Part shown: positions 49,160 to 61,405 of the stretch, one piece after another
Layout: each line of letters starts with the position of its first letter
How positions within the stretch are numbered: position 1 is the stretch's first letter
Assembly: GCF_006345805.1 (NCBI RefSeq)
Contig: NC_042999.1
Coordinates: forward strand, 23,498,001 to 23,562,000
DNA from: Octopus sinensis
Taxonomy: Eukaryota
DNA length: 64,000 nucleotides
Direction of reading: 5' to 3'
Program-made: the position numbers and the translations under genes
The notes under the pieces: generated by a model
Seen by the model: the letters and a program-made list of their open reading frames with translations, nothing else
What the model was told of the DNA's origin: nothing
Databases searched by the model: none

Positions 49160-49165
<6 letters not shown>
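48866..49165 (-). mobile_element. tRNA-derived SINE family F
   Basis: GGCGCAATGGCCTAGTGGTTAGGGCAGCGGACTCGCGG...GTTTCGATTCCCAGACC head. Confidence 0.8.
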
Positions 49166-49225
<60 letters not shown>

Positions 49226-49328
49226 TTTAACCTTTAAAGGTATTTTGATATGCTGCCACTATATTAATAGTTCATCGTTAACGCATGTTCTTAAGCTGCG
49301 CATATAAATGCTTCTATTGTTATTGTTA

Positions 49329-49389
<61 letters not shown>

Positions 49390-49519
49390 GTTTTTTCCTT
49401 CTTTCTTCAAATTTTCTTCCGTTTCTCGCCGAGTGTTTTCCATACACCTAGGGCAGAGTAGCTCATTGTATGCATTCCCAGATTACACACGCACATTCAC
49501 AGATAAAATATGTTTTATA

Positions 49520-49520
<1 letters not shown>

Positions 49521-49568
<48 letters not shown>

Positions 49569-50430
49569 GCCTTTGTACATTTTCTAACGCTGGAGATATA
49601 GTACGGTGTCAGCTGTTCAATACCAATAAACTAAGGTAACACCTCTTATTTTTCGAGTACCTTCCGGAGTATTGGAGCGTTTCGAAGTAATGTTGTTTTC
49701 TGCAAGTGCTCCATCATTATTATAGATCATAGTTGTTCCATGTACTTCTCAAGATCTTTACTCACTGTTTCCAGGGCTCCGACAATTATTGTTACTGCTA
49801 CCACCTTTTCCATCGACCACAACTGCTTAACCTCCCAAACTAACCTATTATATCTATCGACGTTTCTTTCTTCCTTATCGCATACCTTGTTGTCAGCTTG
49901 GCATGCTATATCTATGATCCAGCATCGTTTACTTTATTTCTCAAAACTATGCATGGTTGCCTATCCTCTATCTCATGGTCGCACTGAATCATAAAATCCC
50001 ATAGGATCTTTGCATGATTATTTTCGATGATGCTTTCAGGTTTATGTTCGTACTACTTTTTTGGCTCTGTCAAGTCCAAACTTGTTGCAAAGTGTCCAAT
50101 GGACAATCCTTACTACATTGACATGACGTCTCTTATATTCTTTCTGGGCTAGTGGCGTACATTGACTGGTAATATGCCATATGGTTTCACCCTTTTGTCC
50201 ACAAATTCTGCACTTACCACTTTCTGATGTGTTGTCTATTCTGTATTTGATGTAATTCGTTCTTAATGCTTGCTTTGAGTAGCACAGATTAGAGTCTCCG
50301 TTTCCGGTTTTAAATCACTTTTAGTCATCCACAGCCATCTTTTTTCTTTGTTTGTCTTATCTTCAACATCCCTATGAAATGGTCTATGCGTTCTTTTCTT
50401 TATCCACTTATTTTCATGGGAATGTTAAAG
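49521..50430 (-). mobile_element. R4/Dong-clade LINE 3' end (CCHC, RLE endonuclease, 3' UTR, (TAA)n tail)
   Basis: WLWMTKSDLKPETE..QALRTNY..KCRICGQKGETIWHITSQC..KILWDF..WIIDIAC..LQKTTLLRNAPILRKVLEK*, then ~75-nt UTR and (AAT)n. Confidence 0.85.
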
Positions 50431-50458
50431 ATAGGACATACAGAGAAAAAAAATTACA

Positions 50459-50501
<43 letters not shown>

Positions 50502-50521
50502 TATTACTATTATTTTTATTA

Positions 50522-50806
50522 TATCGACCCCAGTGCGTAACTGGTGCTCATTTCATCAACCCCGAAAGGATAAAAGGCAAAGTCGACCTCGGCGGAATTT
50601 GAACTCAGAACGTAGCAGCAGACGAAATACATATTTCTTCACTACCCACAAGGGGCTAAACACAGAGAAGACAAACAATTTATTGACTCCGAAAGGATGA
50701 AAGGCAAAGTCGACCTCAGCGGAATTTGAACTCAGAACGTAACGGCAGACGAAATACGGCTGCGCATTTCGCCCGGGGTGATAACGTTTCTGCCAGCTCG
50801 CCGCCT

Positions 50807-50807
<1 letters not shown>
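50522..50807 (-). mobile_element. SINE B dimer (internally deleted)
   Basis: Two central blocks joined at GACGAAATAC, intact head. Confidence 0.8.
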
Positions 50808-50837
<30 letters not shown>

Positions 50838-51239
50838 AGTGATATTCTTATATCTATGAATGTGAATAAAAATCTAAATTGAGGGAGTAGAGCAGGTAAA
50901 ATTCTTAGATTGTAGATCCTCTGATGTAATAATTACTCAACGAGGGGTAATCAGCTAGCTTCATATAATCAAGATACTTTCATTATATGGAGATTACATT
51001 GTCGTTAAAGAATCCAAACTTAACTCGTACCTATGCCCCTCTCTCAATTTGGATACATATATACATATATATATATTTTTAAAATCTTTTATTTGTCGAC
51101 ATTACACCAAACCGCAGCTATACTGGAGCACCATCTGAGTGAGGCATTTTAGTCGAACTAGTTAACCCATAAATTTCTGTTTTTAAAACCTGGTGCTTAT
51201 TCTTTTGCTGAACCTCTAAGCTTATATATACATATATAA

Positions 51240-51307
<68 letters not shown>

Positions 51308-51317
51308 ATATATATAC

Positions 51318-51352
<35 letters not shown>

Positions 51353-51485
51353 ATAAACATATCATTCACACACACACACATATATATATCTTCACATATA
51401 TTTATACATATATGATATTATGTATATATATATATATATATATTATATCATATATATAATATATGTATGTGTGTGTGTGGTGTGT

Positions 51486-51531
<46 letters not shown>

Positions 51532-51548
51532 ATATATCTATCTATCGA

Positions 51549-51589
<41 letters not shown>

Positions 51590-51750
51590 CTATATATATA
51601 TATATATATATCTACATATATATATGTAAAAAATATAAACTGGGACAAAGAACGCAAAACATTTAGAAGACGATACAAAAAACACGGACGGGACATTCGA
51701 AGCCTTCAATCTTCAGTCAAGAACCGGATCATCCTCGCAATTTCGGCTGA

Positions 51751-51794
<44 letters not shown>

Positions 51795-51796
51795 CA

Positions 51797-52338
51797 CAGG
51801 GTCAGGCAAAATGATGTGACACATTTGTAGGTTAAATAAAAGGCATTGTTTTTCGTTTCTTTTTCAGTTGCTGCCATGAATTGGACTGGTGAGCATCGCG
51901 CTTTCATTGTGGAAACGTTTATCAAAACAAACGATTCTGTAACTGCAACACAAAGAGCGTTCCGTTTGCACTTCAATCTTGGTAGACATGATCCCATACC
52001 AGCTCGAAACACGATCTTGTTATGGGTTACCAACTTCAGAGCTACTGGATCGGCATTGAAACGGAAATCAACCGGCCGACCAACTTAAAGATGCAATTCG
52101 TCAAGAAAGTACTGCCATTCCACATGAAATGACCCGCCGAGTTATTGACAACTTTCGTGAACGCCTTCGACAGTGTGTGGACAATAATGGATCCCATTTG
52201 ACTGATTTGATTTTTAAAACATAATGAAACAAAATGGCATTATATGTACTTTTCAAAAATAAAAACACTTTTTGTTTCTTTACTTCATTTGCCTTTTATT
52301 TAACCTACAAATGTGTCAGATCATTTTGCCTGACCCTG
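51797..52338 (+). mobile_element. Internally deleted Tc1/mariner element (Tc3-like, DUF4817-type HTH)
   Basis: ~49-bp TIRs CAGGGTCAGGCAAAATGAT..., TA on the right; MNWTGEHRAFIVETFIKTNDSVTATQRAFRLHF..STGRP fused to QLKDAIRQE..FRERLRQCVDNNGSHLTDLIFKT*. Confidence 0.85.
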
Positions 52339-52553
52339 TATATACTTTATTTAAAAGCAGCAGAAATATAACAAAAGAAATATGCTCAGAGTTTCACGTT
52401 CCGTTCGTCGGACAGTTTTGGCGTGGAGCGGGGAGGCCGGTATGCATGGGCGACTGCTGGTCTTCCATAAACAACCTTGCCCGGACTTGTACGTGGGAGG
52501 ATAACTTTCTAGGTGCAATCTCACGGTCAGTCATGACCGAAGCGGGGTCGGAG

Positions 52554-52588
<35 letters not shown>

Positions 52589-52905
52589 TATATATATATA
52601 CGCACACACAAAATATGTACGTATATACATGTAAGCAGAAAAGGTAGGAAGAACAAGGATTTAGTTAAAATCGGTCACAGATACAGTTATACAAATAGGA
52701 TGGTTAAATATTTGGAAGACTTTTACCGTCAGATATTCTCACACTTGAAACAAGTAATTCAAGTATGTGTGATCATATCACGTACATTAGAAGAATAGAT
52801 GAAACAGAAGGAAGATAGCATTGAATGCTCTCAACTCGCAAATTGGACGATCGAAGTCTGAGTTCCAATTTCACTCATGTAGGCCAATCCTCTTGGGAAT
52901 CGTTG

Positions 52906-52943
<38 letters not shown>

Positions 52944-53149
52944 ATATATCTATATATATATATATATATATGTTATATATATATATATATAAATTTAAAA
53001 ATGGTAAGGGTGAAAAATTGAATATTAAATTGATTAATATCAGTTTAAAACCAGTGGTCTAGCATATAGAAAAATCTGAAGATTCAGAAAATTTATATTA
53101 CATACATATAAAAAGGATGCCCACTAAGTGGTCATCCATTATGCTAGAA

Positions 53150-53520
53150 GCAAAATATTTTGCTATGACGATCACCCTGACGAATTGCGGACATCTACTA
53201 TGCCACCCAACCTTCCTCTGTCCGCTGCTGAACGCTCACTCCTCAGCAAGGGTCTTCGCTTCACACCTCTTACGCTCCACTGCAACGAATTTGGGACCTG
53301 CGCTGACGTTAGCCAGTTCCTGCGTCGCATCAAACTATGCGCGTTTTTCCACATGTCTACACAGCATCACGACAATCGGGATTGCTTCTCAGAGCTGGGG
53401 CACCGCCTATCCAACTGGACGCCGCCTCCAGACCAATTCAGTAGCCTTAGACTTGTTCGTGCAAGACTGCAATGCGCTGGTCGACCGATTCAATTTCAAA
53501 AAAAGGTCCTTCTGGACCAA
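53150..53520 (+). mobile_element. Penelope-like element N-terminal fragment
   Basis: NLPLSAAERSLLSKGLRFTP..DVSQFLRRIKLCAFF..SNWTPP..LDLFV. Confidence 0.7.
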
Positions 53521-53559
53521 CATCACTCGGGTTGAATCGATCGCCTCACACACAAATAA

Positions 53560-53995
53560 GAAAGAATACATACATATATCTGAAACAACCCTAAACAAAC
53601 AGCCAAATAACCCGAAACTCACATACGGTCAAACACAACTCGGCAGTAGGTCCCGATAAATTTCCGGCCACTGTCCTGAAGATTTGTCGACATCAAATTG
53701 CACCCCCTCTAGCTGAACTCTGGAGGAGCTCAAATGACGCAGGCTACATTCCTGATTATCTTTCTCAGTCTGTCGTTCCAATTTTCAAAATGGGAAACAA
53801 ATCTCTTGCAGCGAACTACCGTCCGATTTCATTCACCTCTCATATCATTAAAGTATTTGAGAGGGTGGTCAGATCGCGAATTACTCACTTCCTCGAAGAC
53901 AACAATCTGCTGAACCCCAACCAGCATGGTTTCCGAGGTGGCATGGACTGCCTGTTGCAGCTTCTGGGCCATTTTGATGACATTTTAAAAGCTCC
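53560..53995 (+). mobile_element. CR1/L2-group LINE RT fragment
   Basis: SAVGPDKFPATVLK..APPLAELWR..PIFKMGNKSLAANYRPISFTSHIIKVFERV..LLNPNQHGFR. Confidence 0.8.
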
Positions 53996-54014
53996 AACAT
54001 TGACATAATATATC

Positions 54015-54790
54015 TTTAGCCACTTCTCGTTCCGTATCGGCCCTCTTTTGTCACTTCTCTTTCTGCATCGGCCCCCTTTAGTCACTTCTTCTTCCGTATC
54101 GGGCCCCCTTTAGCCCCTTGTCTTTCCGCATCGACATCCCTTTAGCCACTTCTCCTTCTGCATCGGCCCCCTTTAGCCACTTCTTCCGCATTGGCCCCCT
54201 TTAGTCACTTCTTCTTCCGCATCAGCGCCCTTTTGCCATTTCTTCTGCATCGGCCCTCTTTAGTCACTTTTGCATCGGTCCCAATTAGCAACTCCTCCTT
54301 TCGCATCGGCCATCTTTAGCCACTTCTCCTTCTGCATCGGCCCCTTCTAGTCACTTCTTCCGCATCGGCCCTTTTTAATCATTTCTCCTTCAGCATCGGC
54401 CCCCTTTAGTCACTTCTCCTTCCGAATCGGCCCCTTTCAGCAACTTCTCCTTCCGCATCGTCTCCTTTAGCCACTTCTTCGACGTCGACCCCCTTTAGCC
54501 ACTTCTTCGACGTCGACCCCCTTTAGCCACTTCTTCTGCATAGGCCCCTTTTAGCCACTTCTTCCGCATCGGCCCCCTTTAGTCACTTCTCCTCCCGCAT
54601 CACCCCCTTTAGCCACTTCTCCTTCTGCATCGACCCCTGTAGCCACTTCTTCGACGTCGACTCCATTTAGCCACTTCTCCTTCTGCATAGGCCCCTTTTA
54701 GCCACTTCTCCTTCCGCATCGGCCCCCTTTAGTCACTTCTCCTTCCGCATCGGCCCTCTTTAGTCACTTCTCCTTCTGCATGACCACCTT
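54015..54790. repeat. Minisatellite of ~25 units of 28/31 bp
   Basis: Consensus GGCCCCCTTTAG(C/T)CACTTCT(CCT)TCCGCATC. Confidence 0.9.
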
Positions 54791-55065
54791 CCTCATATAA
54801 AATATCTTTATACCCTAACCCTACCCTACCGTATCTTAAATGCATACCAGGTACTGATGCTGGCAATTAAAATGTTAGCTAAAATACACATGTAAGACAA
54901 ATGAAGAAATTCTATTGAAGATGACACACTTTTTACATTTAAAACTACGTGTACGAGTATACAATATTAAACTTTCAATTTCTATGAAATTGATTTTCAA
55001 GGTTAGAAAATGTGAAAAACGTATCATATTGCTGGAATAGCTTTTATTGAAGCTGACAACATCAA

Positions 55066-55191
55066 TCAATGTAAGGAATGAGCATGGTGATCCGGAATCA
55101 AGGCATTGATATCAGGCTGAACGTTGGTCAGTTCCAGTCTCAAATCACCTCGTTCCTCCAGGTTCAGGCAATTTCTATAAGCAAACACTTG
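55066..55191 (-). mobile_element. hAT (Charlie/Buster-type) transposase C-terminal remnant
   Basis: YRNCLNLEERGDLRLELTNVQPDINALIPDHHAHSLH*; a possible CAGGGGTC terminus on the minus strand near 56018. Confidence 0.55.
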
Positions 55192-55225
55192 ACAGTCCGC
55201 ATCCTCTCAATCACACCTCACACTC

Positions 55226-55480
55226 TCCGATAACGAGCTCGGGCTCGAAAATCGTAAAGTCAATACCACCATGTCTGATATCCAATCTACAGTGGAGAAG
55301 GCTAGCCACTGGATTTGGTTAAAAAGAGACGATGAGCGATGGCTAGAAGTATATTGAGTTCTTCATAACCAGCTGATCTAGCAAGCGGGGGCCTCATATC
55401 CATGAGGGGCGGGGCCGGTGCGCATTGATGCCGTCGAGAGGTAGGCCCCGAAACGGCGCGCAGTCTCTCCTGATGACCCC
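55226..55480 (+). mobile_element. HERO/NeSL-like RLE non-LTR 3' end
   Basis: ELGLENRKVNTTMSDIQSTVEKASHWIWLKRDDERW..*; UTR with CCCGAAAC...TGATGACCC. Confidence 0.55.
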
Positions 55481-56207
55481 ATACACTTGCTAGCTTCCGG
55501 TATACGGAGCTTTTAACTGGTAGCACTTGCATGTGCAAGTTGTTTGCAAGACATCTAAGATTGCGACATTAGGCCTTGAACGTTAGCAACCGCAGACTTC
55601 TCGCTGCAGTGAAAATTTACCAAGTTTCCCCACGTTTCATGGCACTGAACCTGTATAAAAAGGAGAAAGCAATGTCTTCAGTGTGAGTATGTGGTTTGTG
55701 GGGTCGACCGCGTCCTCCGCTTCATTTTTTGTAAATCACTCATTCTCATTTAATTGTATATATTTTAATTGGTTGTTTATTCATACGTTTTGTCTCATTC
55801 GATACCCTGACCCAGTGTTTGTTTTGTCTGTCCTCGTATCGTCCCCTCTTTTTCTCAACCTCATGGTTAATAAAGAAATTGACTAAGTATTCCAAGCAGT
55901 TCATCTGGGTGAGCCGGTCTTTCGCGTGCCGATCCTCATTCGACCCCTTGGCTATCAGTGATCCCTTTAATTCTTCGCCGACCCCTAAGGGTCCCTCGGA
56001 CACCCTTTCACGACCCCTGCTTTAGAAAGTCTTAGTTGGCTACGTTTTGGAATCAAGTCGGAAACCATAAAAGCGGGCGGTTGCTCCTGATCGAACCTTA
56101 TGGAGGACGTGCCTGCGGACTTTACCTGTATGGACCTCCCTGGAAGAGTAGACGGGGAAAATGGATGGATGAATTGTCGGACGATTGGATGGATGGAAGA
56201 TTGCAAC

Positions 56208-56444
56208 AAATACCTATTTCTTTACTACCCACAAGGGGCTAAACACAGAGAAGACAAACAAGGACAGGCAAACGGATTAGTCGATTATATCAACCCCAGT
56301 GCGTAACTGGTACTTAATTTATCGACCCCGAGAGGATGAAAGGCAAAGTCGTCCTCGGCGGAATTTGAACTCAGAACGTAACGGCAGACGAAATACGGCT
56401 ACGCATTTCGCCCGGCGAGCTAACGTTTCTGCCAGCTCGCCACC
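56208..56444 (-). mobile_element. Full-length SINE B
   Basis: Intact head; tail ends AAAGAAATAGGTATTT. Confidence 0.9.
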
Positions 56445-57104
56445 GACGCTCTAACAACTATGGCAGTTACGTCACCTTATTTAACCCCAGGTCAAGTCTG
56501 ATCAAGCACACATTCCAACAAATATCATTCTGTACTTTTAGAGATATCTACGGATATCTCTAAAAGATTACACGCAAGTTTCTTATATAAGACACTTGGA
56601 TGAAAGTAGGTGGAGATTTGGCTGTTATTTCTAGCGAATCGAGCGATAACGTAGAAAGTCCATCGTTGACTCGAGGGTGGGTGGGGGGTGATGTTGACAC
56701 AGGTGGCAAGGGTAGAGGGTGGAGTGGCGTCGTTGGTGGCGGCGGCGGATTCGGTGGTAGCGGCATCGGTGGTAACAGTATGGGCGGTGGTGGCGATGGT
56801 GATTGCGACAGCAGCAGTGGTGACGGTGTTGCGAAGTTTACGATGGCGGGAGGGGGGTTATGGGAGTAGTGACCGTGAAAGCAGCAGCAGTGGAGGACGT
56901 CGTAGTGGCGGCGGCAGCGACGATGATGGCAACAGCGGCAGCGACGATGATGGCAACAGCGGCAGCGGTGGGGCTTGTGGTGTTGACATCTCCAATGTAC
57001 TGTCGAGCAATAAGAAAAGTCATTAACAGGCTGAGGGCATCGCAAATGGCGCCAGGAAATTTTCGTCCGTTTGCCATTGCTGGTCTTGGAAAGGCACCGT
57101 CAGC

Positions 57105-57186
57105 GCCGCTAAGTTACAGGGACGCAAAAAACCCCCCCAAAACCGGTTGTCTAGCAGTGGCGGAGGAAGAAACACAGACACAAAGA

Positions 57187-57226
<40 letters not shown>

Positions 57227-57365
57227 TACGAGCTTTTATTTTCAGTTTCCGTATACAAAATCTATTCACAAGACTTTGATCAGCGCAAGGCTATAGTAGA
57301 AGACACTTGCTCGCGGTGTGACGCAGTGGGACTGAACCCAGAAACATGCGGTTGACGCCTGCGCC
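57105..57365 (-). mobile_element. SINE A, diverged, lacking tail
   Basis: Reverse complement of head and body. Confidence 0.7.
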
Positions 57366-57366
57366 C

Positions 57367-57423
<57 letters not shown>

Positions 57424-57880
57424 TATATATATATATATATACATATACATACATACATATATATATATATGTATAGACTTATATATATATATACATATTT
57501 TTATGTGTATTTGTGCGTGTATGTATGTATGTATGTATGTATGTATGTATGTATGTATGTATGTATGTATGTATGTATGTATATATATATATGTAAAAAG
57601 TAAAAAATATATACAAACTGGGACAAGAACGTGAAACACCTAGAAGACAACACAAGAACTATTCAAAGCCCTCAGTCATCAGTCAAGAACCGGATCATCT
57701 TCGCAATTTCAGCTGATTAATCTTGAATATAAATATATATATAATATATATATATAATATATATAATATATATATTAATCTTGAATATAAATATATATAA
57801 TAGCACCAGGTGGTGCTATTAAGTTAGACATGGCCTGGGCCAATAATGGCCGAAACCTATCAAAGTATCAAAGTATCATA

Positions 57881-57929
<49 letters not shown>

Positions 57930-58561
57930 TCATTTGATTTTACATGATTGATATATATATTAATTCATATTTATAATGTATAATTTATAAATTTTTATTC
58001 TTAATTTCTAATTTGTAAAGTTTTAATCTTTAATGCTTAATTGTATTGCTTATTTTTAAAGGGATGTAAAATTAGATATATAATATTTTGAAATAGAACC
58101 AAAAGATGTGTTGGAATAATTGTAAATCTGATGATTGCATATATGTATTTATATATGTATATATAAAGGTATACAGTCGTGTATATGTATATATATATAT
58201 TGTAATCTTCCAATACTGAAACATGTGTAGTTCCTTCATATTTAATAAATATAAGTATTAACTAAAGTAGGATATAATTAACGAAGTATATTATATACCC
58301 TGCAGGTAATTTTGGTTATATCCTTTAAGTATTATTTCGTGATGTGTAGAGTGATACCATGAGTTTACTGTAAGATATACTCATTAGGTTATTTTTGTAT
58401 TATCTGAAATAGAATACCTGCATATCAATTAATCCCCCAAAATTGAATATATATATGTATATAATTAATTTGGGAAAACAAATTTCCAAATCAATCAGGT
58501 GTAACTCTTCAGCATTATATGCATCTACATATCGTACTTTCGGCTCTTATTTATCGTATCT

Positions 58562-58769
58562 TTATCTTTTACTTGTTTCAGTCATTTGACTGCGGCCATG
58601 CTGGAGCACTACCTTTAATCGAGCAACTCGACTCGGGACTTACTCTTTTGTAAGCCCAGTACTTATTCTATTGGTCTCTTTTGCGGAACATAAACACACC
58701 AGCATCGGTTGTCAAGCAATGCTAGGGGGACAAACACAGACACACAAACACACAAACACACACACACAC

Positions 58770-58770
<1 letters not shown>
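58562..58770 (-). mobile_element. SINE A 3' half
   Basis: Reverse-complement tail with internal deletion. Confidence 0.8.
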
Positions 58771-58800
<30 letters not shown>

Positions 58801-59021
58801 TTTTTGTACTTGTTTCAGTCATTTGACTGCGGCCATGCTGGAGCACCGCCTTTTAGAGTGGTGAAAGAGTACAGCAGGGATCACCACCATCCCCTGCCGG
58901 AGCCTCGTGGAGCTTTTAGGTGTTTTCGCTCGATAAACACACACAACGCCCGGTCTGGGAATCGAAAGCGCGATCCTCCGACCGCAAGTCCGCTGCCCTA
59001 ACCACTGGGCCATTGCGCCTC

Positions 59022-59024
<3 letters not shown>
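58801..59024 (-). mobile_element. Chimeric SINE: family F head plus family A tail
   Basis: 58856-59024 matches F; 58801-58855 matches the A tail. Confidence 0.75.
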
Positions 59025-59100
<76 letters not shown>

Positions 59101-59115
59101 ATATTATATATATAT

Positions 59116-59183
<68 letters not shown>

Positions 59184-59189
59184 ATATAT

Positions 59190-59254
<65 letters not shown>

Positions 59255-59365
59255 TATGTGGTTGGTAAACAAGCTACTTACCACACAGCCACTCCTGCGC
59301 CTATTTATATATATTATATATATCTATATATTTATCTATAATTATATTAATATACATATTAATAT

Positions 59366-59771
59366 AGGCGCAGGAGTGACTGTGCGGTAAGTAGCTTGCT
59401 AACCAACCACATGGTTCCGGGTTCAGTCCCACTGCGTGGCATCTTGGGCAATCGCCTTCTGCTATAGCCCCGGGCCGACCAGTGTCTTGTGAGTGGATTT
59501 GATAGATGGAAACTGAAAGAAGCCTGTCGTATATATGTATATATATATGTGTGTGTGTGTTTGTGTGTATGTGTTTGTCCCCCTAGCATTGCTTGACAAC
59601 CGATGCTGGTGTGTTTACGTCCCCGTCACTTAGCGGTTCGGCAAAAGAGACCGATAGAATAAGTACTGGGCTTACAAAGAATAAGTCCCGGGGTCGATTT
59701 GCTCGACTAAAAGCGGTGCCCCAGCACGGCCGCAGTCAAATGACTGAAACAAGTAAAAGAGTAAAAGAGAA
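59366..59771 (+). mobile_element. SINE family A
   Basis: Head, body, tail; an inverted head fragment lies at 59256-59302. Confidence 0.9.
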
Positions 59772-60296
59772 TATTGTAATCTTCCAATACTGAAAAACGT
59801 GGAGTTCCTTCATCTTTTTGTATCATCTGAATTAGAATACCCGCATATCAATTAAAGTCCCAAAATTGAATTAGTATTGACTTTTATCAGATACTTTGTA
59901 CATTTATAGATAGATATATAAATATACGATAAATAAAACCCCAAGGTACGATATGTATATGCATATAACGCTGTAGGGTTACACCTGACTGATTTGGAAA
60001 TTGGTTTTCCCAAATTATTTATATTAATTATACGCACGCACATACATACACAATATATATATAAACATACATATATATATATATATACATGTATATACAC
60101 ATTTATATATATATACATATACACACATATATATATATATATATAAATATAAGAGAGTGGTCACTATATTGCTCACTCTAGCACCAGTTAATCCAAAAGG
60201 TTTCAACCACGAAAATACATGTTTCCCATGAAAGCCAGTACGACTGTTAGCTCACACGGACAGGGCAAGTAAAAAATAACAAAAATACAGATTATT

Positions 60297-60374
60297 TTGG
60301 GACAATTGTTTCGCTATTAATGAATTAAATGTAATATTACTTACAAAAAAATCCATTTGTAGCTCGTCAGCCAA
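60297..60374 (-). ncRNA. Canonical minimal hammerhead ribozyme, copy 1
   Basis: TTGG-CTGACGA-GCTA[43 nt]TAGC-GAAAC-AATT-GTC-CCAA. Confidence 0.85.
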
Positions 60375-60829
60375 GACTATCTGGATGAAATCCACTCAAT
60401 CACACGCCAGATTTTACCATAACGATAAATACGCGTGTGGTTCAATTGATTACATCCGACGTTATAATTCAAATGCCCCAACCAACAGCTCGCCAAACTT
60501 TCACGGAAAACAAATACAGCATTTAGAATAAATGCAGCATAATTATAATTAATTAATAAGGGTGAGAGAATAGATACTAATTTAATAGTATATTTATTCA
60601 ACACCAAGTGGCCTAGTGCTACGAGAAACCTGGATTATTATAATATTTTATAACATATTATAATATTTTTACAAAATAAATATAAGAGAGTGGTCACTAT
60701 ATTGCTCACTCTAGCACCAGTTAATCCAAAAGGTTTCAACCACGAAAATACATGTTTCCCATGAAAGCCAGTACGACTGTTAGCTCACACGGACAGGGCA
60801 AGTAAAAAATAACAAAAATACAGATTATT

Positions 60830-60907
60830 TTGGGACAATTGTTTCGCTATTAATGAATTAAATGTAATATTACTTACAAAAAAATCCATTTGTAGCTCGT
60901 CAGCCAA
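60830..60907 (-). ncRNA. Canonical minimal hammerhead ribozyme, copy 2
   Basis: Same sequence as copy 1, offset 533 nt. Confidence 0.85.
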
Positions 60908-61271
60908 GTGGTTGAAACCTTTTGGATTAACTGGTGCTAGAGTGAGCAATATAGTGACCACTCTCTTATATTTATTTTGTAAAAATATTATAATATGTTA
61001 TAAAATATTATAATAATCCAGGTTTCTCGTAGCACTAGGCCACTTGGTGTTGAATAAATATACTATTAAATTAGTATCTAATTCTCTCACCCTTATTAAT
61101 TATTTATATATATATATATATACACATATATATATATACATATATATACACACACACATATATATATACATATATTACATACATATATATATATACATAT
61201 ATACATATATATAAATATATACGTACATATACATATGTATATGTATATATATATATACATATATACATTAC

Positions 61272-61329
<58 letters not shown>

Positions 61330-61353
61330 ATATATATATATATATACATGTAT

Positions 61354-61405
<52 letters not shown>

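Larger units (their letters stand above)
60143..61102 (-). mobile_element. ORF-less PLE/retrozyme-like element with direct repeats and an inverted arm
   Basis: 233-bp direct repeats 60143-60375 and 60676-60908; inverted repeat 60550-60743 / 60908-61102; (TA)n on both sides. Confidence 0.8.

Noticed and set aside
51640-51752. CTGAAGA/CTGATGA on the minus strand of the repeat also at ~36410-36530 and ~57600-57725 as a hammerhead
   Set aside because: No GAAA with a compatible stem II and stem I could be built
54015-54790. Coding repeat DAEGEVAKG on the minus strand, or a CRISPR array
   Set aside because: Units are 28 or 31 bp (frame not preserved) and there are no unique spacers or cas genes
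56560-57279. Gly/Ala/Pro-rich overlapping ORFs
   Set aside because: Degenerate GGC/GGT/GCA repeat open on both strands and running into a SINE; no domain recognisable
58120-58235. CTGATGA ... GAAACATGT as a hammerhead
   Set aside because: Stem II cannot be formed between the two halves
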